From: Steroidobacter sp.
GTDB lineage: Bacteria; Pseudomonadota; Gammaproteobacteria; Steroidobacterales; Steroidobacteraceae
NCBI RefSeq assembly: GCF_016790065.1
Contig: NZ_JAEUPY010000254.1
Location: forward strand, 15,513-79,512
Direction of reading: 5' to 3'
DNA length: 64,000 bases
The notes below the pieces were generated by a model that was not told where the DNA came from, made no database searches, and saw nothing but the letters and a program-made list of their open reading frames with translations. Below are positions 53,441 through 61,310 of this stretch, piece by piece. Position 1 is the first letter of the stretch. Each line of letters begins with the position of its first letter. Position numbers and translations under genes: made by a program.

Positions 53441-53554
53441 TTCTTCCGTGCCAGTGATTTGTGTATATGTAACGATTACAGCTCGGCCCGGTCAATGAAA
53501 TCGATGTTGGAATGTGAACCAACTATCGCTAGCGCCTAGAATCCGCCCGAGGTG

Positions 53555-53941
53555 ATGAGTTTGAAATCGATACTGTTAGTCGCGCTTGGCGGCGCCATCG
53601 GTTCGGTGGCTCGATTCAAGATGTCGGGCTGGGTGTTGCACCAGACACCGAACTGGCGTTTTCCGGCCGGCACGCTGGCGGTCAACATCATCGGTTGTTT
53701 GATCGCCGGCTTGTTGGCCGGCATGGCCGTCAAGGAAGACGTCTTCACGCCTGAAGCCCGAGTGTTCTTGTTCACCGGCCTGTTGGGCGGATTCACCACC
53801 TTCTCGGCATTCGGTCTGGAGACCCTATTGCTATTGAAACGGGGCGAGGCGGCAGTGGCCCTTGCCAACGTCGTGGTGAGCATCGTCGTTGGCTTGGCGG
53901 TTGCTTGGCTGGGCTATGCAATTACGGCTCGAAGCGCGTGA
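53555..53941 (+). CDS. crcB: Fluoride efflux channel CrcB/Fluc
   Basis: GGAIGSVARF, GTLAVN, GGFTTFSAF. Confidence 0.95.
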   Translation: MSLKSILLVALGGAIGSVARFKMSGWVLHQTPNWRFPAGTLAVNIIGCLIAGLLAGMAVKEDVFTPEARVFLFTGLLGGFTTFSAFGLETLLLLKRGEAAVALANVVVSIVVGLAVAWLGYAITARSA

Positions 53942-53961
53942 TCGTCCGGCAGGAGCAAGCG

Positions 53962-54483
53962 ATGAAATTCGTGGCATGCACGCTCGCGACCCACGGTGAG
54001 GCGATTCTCGACATCCTCAACGAACAGATCCGCACCTCCACGGCTGTGTACGAATATGAGCCACGCACGTCCGAGAGCATGGTGGCCTGGTTCAAGGCCA
54101 AGGACGCCAAGCAATACCCGGTGATCGGCGTCGAGGATCAGGCCGGCAGCTTGATGGGCTTCGCCACCTACGGCGTATTTCGCGAACGGCCGGCGTACAA
54201 GTACACAGTTGAGCATTCGGTGTATGTGCACCAGGATCACCGGGGTAAGGGATTGGGCCGGGTGCTGATGGAGCGCCTGATCGAGGCGGCTCGGGCGCAG
54301 GACTTACATGTGATGGTGGGCGGCATCGATGCGACCAACGCGGTCAGCATCGCCCTGCACGAGCAGCTGGGCTTCGTACACGCCGGCACCATTCGGGAGT
54401 CGGGCTACAAGTTCGGCGGCTGGCTGGACCTGGCCTTCTACCAGCTGACTTTGCAGACCCCGCGACATCCGCAGGACGGCTGA
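53962..54483 (+). CDS. GNAT N-acetyltransferase (phosphinothricin/methionine-sulfoximine type)
   Basis: YKYTVEHSVYV, RGKGLG, NAVSIALH, GYKFGGWLD. Confidence 0.9.
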   Translation: MKFVACTLATHGEAILDILNEQIRTSTAVYEYEPRTSESMVAWFKAKDAKQYPVIGVEDQAGSLMGFATYGVFRERPAYKYTVEHSVYVHQDHRGKGLGRVLMERLIEAARAQDLHVMVGGIDATNAVSIALHEQLGFVHAGTIRESGYKFGGWLDLAFYQLTLQTPRHPQDG

Positions 54484-54495
54484 CGGCTGACGGCT
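54475..54495. repeat. Heptamer tandem repeat (GACGGCT)x3
   Basis: Three exact copies spanning the GNAT stop codon. Confidence 0.85.
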
Positions 54496-54549
54496 GCAAG
54501 AATTGCGTGTCCGGCTTTTGACGCCGAGCCAGGCCAGCCACGACGCACT

Positions 54550-54616
54550 TGTGGAGCACGTCACACTTGGCCGCGCCAAGATTTTGTCGGCGCCCTGCGG
54601 TGTGTCGCAGTTCACA
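54550..54616. promoter_or_regulatory. Two CRP/Clp-type boxes flanking a FleQ-like palindrome upstream of fliL
   Basis: TGTGG-AGCACG-TCACA (54550-54565), GCCAA-GATT-TTGTC (54575-54588), TGTGT-CGCAGT-TCACA (54601-54616). Confidence 0.65.
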
Positions 54617-54674
54617 CTGTGTTTTTCGCGTATTTCTCTGTCGAATTAATCACTTGCATGCTCGCTGCACAGCG

Positions 54675-54690
54675 TGGCACGTGGCTTGCT
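54675..54690 (+). promoter_or_regulatory. sigma54 promoter of fliL-flhB operon
   Basis: TGGCAC-GTGGC-TTGCT, consensus match. Confidence 0.92.
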
Positions 54691-54739
54691 CTAAAACCCG
54701 TGCGCCCCATGCGACCAAGTAGTACTCGAGGAATGTGCG

Positions 54740-55252
54740 ATGTCTGATGCTCCTGCCGACGAAGCTCCTGCGGCTCCCGCCGGCAAATCCAAAATGCTGA
54801 TCATCATCCTGTGCTCGGTGCTCGCGGCCGGTGCGGCTGGCGGCGGCGTGTACTTCATGACCGCCAAGAAGAGCGGCGGCGACGAACACAAGGCCGAGGA
54901 GGCGCATGAGGCGCCGGCCGCGGTCAAGACGCCGGCCATCTACAGCAAGTTCGATCCGCCGTTCGTGGTCAATTTCCAGAACAAGGGCATGACGCGCTTC
55001 CTGCAGGTGAGCATCGAAGTCATGACCCGCGATCCGGCCACCGCCGAAATGATCAAGCAGCACGACCCGAAGTTGCGTAACGACCTGCTGATGCTGCTCG
55101 GCGGCCAGACGTTCGAAACGCTGAGCTCGCGCGAAGGTAAGGAAGCGCTGCGTACTGAGGCGCTGAAAGCAGTCGCCGACGTGGTTGCCGCCGAGGGCGG
55201 CAAGGCGGAGAACGTCGAGCAGCTCTACTTCACCAGCTTTGTGATGCAGTAG
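54740..55252 (+). CDS. fliL: Basal-body-associated protein FliL
   Basis: N-terminal TM, PFVVNF, C-terminal LYFTSFVMQ. Confidence 0.95.
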   Translation: MSDAPADEAPAAPAGKSKMLIIILCSVLAAGAAGGGVYFMTAKKSGGDEHKAEEAHEAPAAVKTPAIYSKFDPPFVVNFQNKGMTRFLQVSIEVMTRDPATAEMIKQHDPKLRNDLLMLLGGQTFETLSSREGKEALRTEALKAVADVVAAEGGKAENVEQLYFTSFVMQ

Positions 55253-55297
55253 GCTGATCGTCAACCTGGCCGTCAACCAACCTGTAGAGATTGAGAC

Positions 55298-56302
55298 ATG
55301 TCCGGCAGTGACATTCTAAATCAAGACGAAATCGACGCCCTGCTACACGGTGTAGACAGCGGCGCGGTTAAGACTGAAGAGCCCGCCACCCCCGGCGAGG
55401 CGCGCAATTACGATTTTTCCAACCAGGTTCGGATCGTGCGCGGGCGCATGCCCACGCTCGAAATGATCAATGAGCGGTTTGCGCGCCTGTTTCGGATCAG
55501 CCTGTTCAACCTGCTGCGCCGGACGCCGGAAGTCGCGGTGGCGCCGGTGAAGATGCTGAAGTTCAGCGAATACGTGCATTCGTTGCACGTGCCGACCAAT
55601 TTGAATCTGGTGAAGATCCTGCCGTTGCGCGGGACCGGCCTGATCGTCATCGATCCGAAGCTGGTGTTCGCCACCGTCGACAACTTCTTCGGCGGCAGCG
55701 GCCGTTACGCCAAGATCGAAGGCCGCGAATTCACCGCCACCGAACAGCGCATCATCCACATGCTGCTCAAGCATGTGTTTGCCGATTTGAAAGAAGCCTG
55801 GTCACACGTGCAGCAGCTGGACATCGAATACACGAATTCCGAAATCAATCCGCACTTCGCCAACATCGTCAGCCCCACTGAAATCGTGGTGATCACCAGC
55901 TTCCATGTGGAGTTGGACGGCGGCGGCGGCGACATCCACATCACCATGCCGTATGCGATGATCGAGCCGCTGCGCGAATTGCTGGACGCCGGCATGGCGA
56001 GCGACCGCGTCGAGCACGACGAGCGCTGGGTGAGTGCGCTGAAGGAAGAGATCGAAGATGCGGACGTGGAATTGACCACGCTGCTGGGCCGTTCCAAGTT
56101 GACCATGCGGCAGCTGATGGACCTCAAAGCGGGCGATGTCCTGCCATGCGATTTCACCGGCCGCGCCACGGTGCTGGCCGAAGATGTGCCGATCTTCAGA
56201 GGTACTTTCGGAGTTTCCAACGGCCAACAGGCCGTCCAGATCGAAGATCGGATTTCCCGTGTTCGTCCGCGGTTGCTGGACGCTTTGAACGCGAAGGTTT
56301 GA
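55298..56302 (+). CDS. fliM: Motor switch protein FliM
   Basis: LNQDEIDALL CheY-binding peptide, RGRMPTLEMINERFAR, FFGG. Confidence 0.97.
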   Translation: MSGSDILNQDEIDALLHGVDSGAVKTEEPATPGEARNYDFSNQVRIVRGRMPTLEMINERFARLFRISLFNLLRRTPEVAVAPVKMLKFSEYVHSLHVPTNLNLVKILPLRGTGLIVIDPKLVFATVDNFFGGSGRYAKIEGREFTATEQRIIHMLLKHVFADLKEAWSHVQQLDIEYTNSEINPHFANIVSPTEIVVITSFHVELDGGGGDIHITMPYAMIEPLRELLDAGMASDRVEHDERWVSALKEEIEDADVELTTLLGRSKLTMRQLMDLKAGDVLPCDFTGRATVLAEDVPIFRGTFGVSNGQQAVQIEDRISRVRPRLLDALNAKV

Positions 56303-56306
56303 TGCC

Positions 56307-56690
56307 ATGAGCATGAGTAGAGAAGCGATGGAAGCGGCGCAGGCCGCGCAGTTTGCCGAGTTGCTGGAAAAGGAGCAGCGCGACCGTGCGCCGGCACCGG
56401 CCGAAGCGGCCAGCCCCTCGATGCCCGGCGACGTGAACCTGGACGTGATCCTCGACGTGCCGGTGACGTTGTCGATGGAAGTGGGGCGCACGCGCATCCC
56501 GATCCGCAACCTGTTGCAGCTCAACCAGGGTTCGGTGGTGGAACTGGACCGCGCCGCCGGCGAACCGCTCGACGTGTTCGTCAACGGCACTCTGGTGGCG
56601 CACGGCGAAGTGGTCGTGGTGAACGAGAAGTTCGGCATCCGTCTCACTGACGTAATCTCGCCGTCCGAGCGCATCCGCAAACTGAAGTGA
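56307..56690 (+). CDS. fliN: Motor switch protein FliN
   Basis: LDVPVTLSMEVG, GSVVELDR, GEVVVVNEKFGIR. Confidence 0.97.
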   Translation: MSMSREAMEAAQAAQFAELLEKEQRDRAPAPAEAASPSMPGDVNLDVILDVPVTLSMEVGRTRIPIRNLLQLNQGSVVELDRAAGEPLDVFVNGTLVAHGEVVVVNEKFGIRLTDVISPSERIRKLK

Positions 56691-57232
56691 GTCGAGTCGA
56701 CGTGAGTCAGGCCAAGATTTTGATGCCGCGTAACTTGATGCTGTCCGTCGTTCGTGGCGTGGCGCTTCGAGGCTTGGCGGTGACGGCTGCGATTGCCGCC
56801 TTGTGTTTAGCTGCGCCGATGGTGTTCGCCGCCGAAAAATTCGCGGCGCCTGAGGTTTCTCAAGCTCCCGCGGCGGTGGGTGCCGGGAGCCTCACTCAAG
56901 TGACGTTGTCGCTGCTGCTGGTGCTGGGCGTGGTGTTTGCCGCTGCCTGGGTGACGCGCCGCCTGCGTGGCTTCGGTCGTTTCGGTAACGGTGCTCTGCA
57001 GGTCGTTACCGAAATCGCCGTCGGCACCAAGGAACGCGTAGTGCTGGTGCAGGTCGGCAAGCAGCAGTTGTTGCTGGGGGTTGCACCGGGGCGCGTCAGC
57101 ACGCTGCACGTCCTCACCGAACCAGTGACACCGCAAACTGCGACCACAACAGTGACTGTCGCGGCCGATGGATCGACGCCGCAACATCCCACCGATTTCA
57201 AAACAATTCTGAAGCGGAGCCTTGGACTGTGA
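56687..57232 (+). CDS. fliO: Flagellar biogenesis protein FliO
   Basis: TM helix then [13 protein letters not shown]...LLLGV; start uncertain. Confidence 0.9.
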   Translation: MSRVDVSQAKILMPRNLMLSVVRGVALRGLAVTAAIAALCLAAPMVFAAEKFAAPEVSQAPAAVGAGSLTQVTLSLLLVLGVVFAAAWVTRRLRGFGRFGNGALQVVTEIAVGTKERVVLVQVGKQQLLLGVAPGRVSTLHVLTEPVTPQTATTTVTVAADGSTPQHPTDFKTILKRSLGL

Positions 57233-57999
57233 TGCGTGCTTTGGACAAGCTGCGTGGCCGGGGTTTCGGGCGATATGCCTTAGCGGCCGTGCTGTTGCTC
57301 GCGCCGTTCATCTCGTTTGCGCAAGGGATTCCGGCGGTGACGGTGAGCACCGCGCCCGGCGGCGGCCAGCAGTATTCGCTGACCTTGCAGATTTTGATCC
57401 TGATGACGGCGGTCACGCTGTTGCCGGGCATCGTGCTGATGATGACCGCGTTCACTCGTATCGTGATCGTACTGGCCATTCTGCGTCAGGCGTTGGGCGC
57501 CGGCCAGGCACCGCCGAATCAAGTGCTGATCGGCTTGTCGTTGTTTCTGACCTTGTTCGTGATGGGGCCGGTGGTCGATCAGATCAACACCCAAGCGGTG
57601 CAGCCGTTCATGGAAGGCAAGATGGATGCGACCACTGCCATGAACACCGGCGTCGAGCCGCTCAAGAAATTCATGCTCGATCAGACGCGCGAGACCGACA
57701 TCGCCACGTTCGTGCGCATCTCCGGCGGCCAGGGCTTCGATAAGCCTGAGGACGTGCCGTTGCGCATTCTGGTGCCGGCGTTCGCCACCAGCGAACTGAA
57801 GTCCGCGTTCCAGATCGGTTTCCTGATCTTCATTCCCTTCGTGATCATCGACCTGGTGGTGGCCAGCGTGCTGATGTCCATGGGTATGATGATGTTGTCG
57901 CCGGTGCTGATTTCCTTGCCCTTCAAATTGATGCTGTTCGTGCTGGTCGACGGTTGGGGTCTGATCATGGGCACCTTGGCAGCGAGCTTCTACACATGA
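57229..57999 (+). CDS. fliP: Export gate protein FliP
   Basis: [47 protein letters not shown]. Confidence 0.97.
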   Translation: MMRALDKLRGRGFGRYALAAVLLLAPFISFAQGIPAVTVSTAPGGGQQYSLTLQILILMTAVTLLPGIVLMMTAFTRIVIVLAILRQALGAGQAPPNQVLIGLSLFLTLFVMGPVVDQINTQAVQPFMEGKMDATTAMNTGVEPLKKFMLDQTRETDIATFVRISGGQGFDKPEDVPLRILVPAFATSELKSAFQIGFLIFIPFVIIDLVVASVLMSMGMMMLSPVLISLPFKLMLFVLVDGWGLIMGTLAASFYT

Positions 58000-58265
58000 C
58001 GCCCGAAACCATCATGACCATCGGGCGGCACGCGCTCGAAATCACCATGCTGCTGGCTGCGCCGTTGTTGATTTGCGCGCTGGTCATCGGCTTGCTGGTG
58101 GGCGTGTTTCAGGCGGCCACGCAAATCAATGAAATGACTTTGTCGTTCATTCCCAAGTTGATCGGCATGGCGGCCACCTTGATGATCGCCGGCCCGTGGA
58201 TGCTCAAGCTCATCGTCGGTTATACGCGCGAGCTGTTCGAAAGCATTCCGGGCCTGATCGGCTGA
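57996..58265 (+). CDS. fliQ: Export gate protein FliQ
   Basis: MTPE start overlapping the fliP stop, [16 protein letters not shown]. Confidence 0.96.
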   Translation: MTPETIMTIGRHALEITMLLAAPLLICALVIGLLVGVFQAATQINEMTLSFIPKLIGMAATLMIAGPWMLKLIVGYTRELFESIPGLIG

Positions 58266-58284
58266 TCGATCCGATTCAGTTGCG

Positions 58285-59064
58285 ATGATCAATATCACCA
58301 CAGGACAGCTCGAAGCCTGGCTGGCTCAGTACCTGTGGCCGTTCATTCGTATCGGTGCTTGTTTCATGATGGCGCCCATTTTCGGCGCCAACTTCGTGCC
58401 GCCGCGCGTGCGCTTGCTGTTGGCCGCGGCGATCACGTTCATCGTCGCGCCGCTGGTGCCGGCGCCGGACGTGGAAGTGTTTTCCTTCGCCGCCGTGGTC
58501 GTCACCCTGCATCAGGTGCTCATCGGCTTCGCCACCGCGTTTACCTTGCAGCTGATTTTCGACGCGCTGGCCATGGGCGGCCAGTTGCTGGCCAATACCA
58601 TGGGCTTGGGCTTTGCGTTCAACGTCGATCCGTTGCGTGGTGTCAGCACGCCGGTGCTCGGCCAGCTGTACATGATTCTGGTGACCTTGACGTTTCTGGC
58701 CATCAACGGTCACTTGGTATTGATCGAGGCGCTGGTGCAAAGTTTCAGCACGCTGCCAGTCAGCATGAGCGGTCTGGACGGCCCGATGATCTGGCGTCTG
58801 GTGGAGTGGGGCAGTGAATTGTTCGCCGGCGCGTTGGCAGTGGCATTGCCGGGCATGGCGGCGTTGCTGGTAGTGAATCTCGCGTTCGGCGTCATGAGCC
58901 GCGCGGCACCCACGTTGAATTTGTTTGCTGTCGGTTTCCCGATCACGCTGATCGCGGGTCTGGTGATCATGTACGTCGGCCTGCCCTCGGTGCTGGCTGC
59001 TTTCGGTAACTCGCTCGAAGCGGCGTTCGGAGTGATCCGCACGTTGCTCAAGATCACGCCATAG
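58285..59064 (+). CDS. fliR: Export gate protein FliR
   Basis: WPFIRI, MGLGFA, INGHLVLI, RAAPTLNLFAVGFP. Confidence 0.96.
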   Translation: MINITTGQLEAWLAQYLWPFIRIGACFMMAPIFGANFVPPRVRLLLAAAITFIVAPLVPAPDVEVFSFAAVVVTLHQVLIGFATAFTLQLIFDALAMGGQLLANTMGLGFAFNVDPLRGVSTPVLGQLYMILVTLTFLAINGHLVLIEALVQSFSTLPVSMSGLDGPMIWRLVEWGSELFAGALAVALPGMAALLVVNLAFGVMSRAAPTLNLFAVGFPITLIAGLVIMYVGLPSVLAAFGNSLEAAFGVIRTLLKITP

Positions 59065-59071
59065 GTGAACC

Positions 59072-60187
59072 ATGGCAGAGGGCGATGACGCACAGGAAAA
59101 AACCGAAAGTGCCACTCCCAAGCGCCTCGAGGATGCGAGGCGCAAAGGCCAAATCCCCAGATCCAGGGACCTGAGTGCAGCGGCGGTGACCATGTCGGCG
59201 GCTACCGCGCTGTACATGATGGGCGATCAGATCGCCGGCAAGTTGTATGTCCTCATGCAACGTAGCCTCACCATCTCGCGTGAAGAAGCACTTGATGCCA
59301 GTCAGATGGTGCCGGCACTCGTCACCGCTGCCATCGATGGCTTGAGGATCTGCGCGCCGGTGCTCGGAATCATTTGTCTTGCGGCCGTGCTCGCACCGTT
59401 GGCGCTTGGTGGCTTCGTCTTCAGCACCGAATCGCTGATGCCACAGTTCAATCGTTTGAATCCGCTCGAAGGCGTCAAACGCTTGTTCTCGATGCGCGCC
59501 GTGATGGAACTGGTCAAGGCGCTGGCCAAGTTCGGCATCGTCGGCCTGGTCGCGGTCATCGTGCTTTGGAAAGATGCCAGCATCTTGCTGAATCTGGGCC
59601 AGGAGCCGCTCGACCAAGCCATCGCGCACACCATTACTTTGGCCGGCAAGGCCTTGATCTCCATCACGGCCGGCTTGTTGATCATCGCCGGTATCGACGT
59701 GCCGTATCAGCTGTACACGCACGCCAAGCAATTGAAGATGAGTCGCCAGGAAATCCGCGAAGAGCACAAGGAATCGGAAGGCTCGCCGGAAGTGAAAGGC
59801 CGCATCCGTCAGTTGCAACAGCAGTTCGCTCGCCAGCGCATGATGCAAGACGTGCCCAAGGCCGACGTGATCGTCACCAACCCGACCCACTTCGCGGTGG
59901 CCTTGCGTTATGACGAGAACCGGATGCGGGCGCCGATCGTGGTCGCCAAGGGTGTCGACCTGGTCGCCGCGCGTATCCGTGAGATCGCCAGCGAGCACAA
60001 CGTCCCGATCTTCGAGGCGCCGCCGCTGGCGCGTGTGTTGTACAAAAACGTCGATATCGGTGGGGAGATCCCCTCGGCCGTGTATCAAGCGGTCGCTCAA
60101 GTGCTGACTTATGTGTTCCAGCTGCGCGTCGCCAAGCGTTCCGGCTTCCAGCCGCCGCCGCGCCCGGATGTGACGGTCCAGGAATGA
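59072..60187 (+). CDS. flhB: Export switch protein FlhB
   Basis: EKTESATPKR, EGSPEVKGRIR, NPTH autocleavage motif, PIVVAKG. Confidence 0.97.
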   Translation: MAEGDDAQEKTESATPKRLEDARRKGQIPRSRDLSAAAVTMSAATALYMMGDQIAGKLYVLMQRSLTISREEALDASQMVPALVTAAIDGLRICAPVLGIICLAAVLAPLALGGFVFSTESLMPQFNRLNPLEGVKRLFSMRAVMELVKALAKFGIVGLVAVIVLWKDASILLNLGQEPLDQAIAHTITLAGKALISITAGLLIIAGIDVPYQLYTHAKQLKMSRQEIREEHKESEGSPEVKGRIRQLQQQFARQRMMQDVPKADVIVTNPTHFAVALRYDENRMRAPIVVAKGVDLVAARIREIASEHNVPIFEAPPLARVLYKNVDIGGEIPSAVYQAVAQVLTYVFQLRVAKRSGFQPPPRPDVTVQE

Positions 60188-60261
60188 TGCGGTAATTTCC
60201 CAACGCCACGGACCTTGGCATAGACTCGGCCTCACTGGGGGAGGATCGTCCGAGGTCGTCT

Positions 60262-61200
60262 ATGACCGAATCGCTGCTTGCGTTATCGCCCGAGGAGCTA
60301 CTGCCGACCCTGGCCGTGCCCGGGACCGGCGTGCCCGAGGTGCTCGAGTTCGGTAACCGTCTGTCCTTGTCCATCGATCAATACCGGCTCAGTCAGCGCT
60401 ACGACGGCCTGATCTACGGCACGGACATGATCAAATTTCACGTCCGGCTGGCCGGCCGGCGTTCGTTGACCTTCGACGGCTACGACATGCTGGCGCTGGA
60501 TGACACGGCAACCGCCGTCCTGCTCCACGACCGCGACCTGCCCAAGACCGACCACATCCTGGCCGATCACGACGAAGTATCGATTACGGTCGCGATGGAC
60601 CGGGCGCGCTTTCTGGAATATCTCGATGCCGGCAATACCGACGTGCCGGTGGCGCTCGAAGATGTCATCAGTCGCTATGCCTATTCGCCGCGCCTCGCGA
60701 CGGCAGTGCCTACGCCGGATGAAATCCGCCTGGCCAGGGAAATTCTCGGCTGCCGGCGCACCGGCCCGTTACGTAAGATGTTTCTCGAAGCCAAGGCGCT
60801 GGAGTTCGTACATATAGTGCTGGAGCATCTGGTGTCGCCGGCCGAAGCGCGAGCCTCGTCGGTGCGCCTCACCGATCGCGACAAGCGCCGCTTGCACGAA
60901 GTGCGCGAGCGCTTGGAAGCCACCTTCATGGAAGGCGCCCGCATCGAAGACCTGGCGCGTGAGTTCGGCTTGAATCGAAACAAGCTTTGTACCGGCTTTC
61001 GCAGCCTGTTCGGCGTGTCCATTTTCGACTTCGCCAGCGGCCTGAGAATGAGCGAGGCCCGGCGGCTGCTGCGCGAGTCCCGCCTCAGCGTGTCGGAAGT
61101 GGCTCTGTCCGTCGGCTATTCGTCCACCGGCGCTTTCAGCTCGGCTTTCCACCGTTGCTTCGGGCATTCCCCTAGCGAGGCGCGCGGCCTGATCGTCTGA
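60262..61200 (+). CDS. AraC-family transcriptional regulator (PchR-like C-terminus)
   Basis: FLEAKALE, LAREFGLNRNKL, VALSVGYSSTGAFSSAFHRCFG. Confidence 0.9.
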   Translation: MTESLLALSPEELLPTLAVPGTGVPEVLEFGNRLSLSIDQYRLSQRYDGLIYGTDMIKFHVRLAGRRSLTFDGYDMLALDDTATAVLLHDRDLPKTDHILADHDEVSITVAMDRARFLEYLDAGNTDVPVALEDVISRYAYSPRLATAVPTPDEIRLAREILGCRRTGPLRKMFLEAKALEFVHIVLEHLVSPAEARASSVRLTDRDKRRLHEVRERLEATFMEGARIEDLAREFGLNRNKLCTGFRSLFGVSIFDFASGLRMSEARRLLRESRLSVSEVALSVGYSSTGAFSSAFHRCFGHSPSEARGLIV

Positions 61201-61213
61201 TCGGCCTGAGCGA

Positions 61214-61248
61214 TAGTGACGATCTCGAATGTCTTAGTGACAATCGCG
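61214..61248 (+). promoter_or_regulatory. Tandem direct repeats, putative AraC-type operator for the PQQ dehydrogenase
   Basis: TAGTGACGATCTCG (61214) and TAGTGACAATCGCG (61235), 21-bp period. Confidence 0.7.
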
Positions 61249-61310
61249 CAAGCCAGCCAAACCGGCATCGCGTAAAACTCTCCCCAACAACATTCGGGGA
61301 GTAGTAGCCA

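Noticed and set aside
53441-53554. Fluoride riboswitch upstream of crcB
   Set aside because: The conserved GGNGATGG...GCTGATGAC-like core is not visible.
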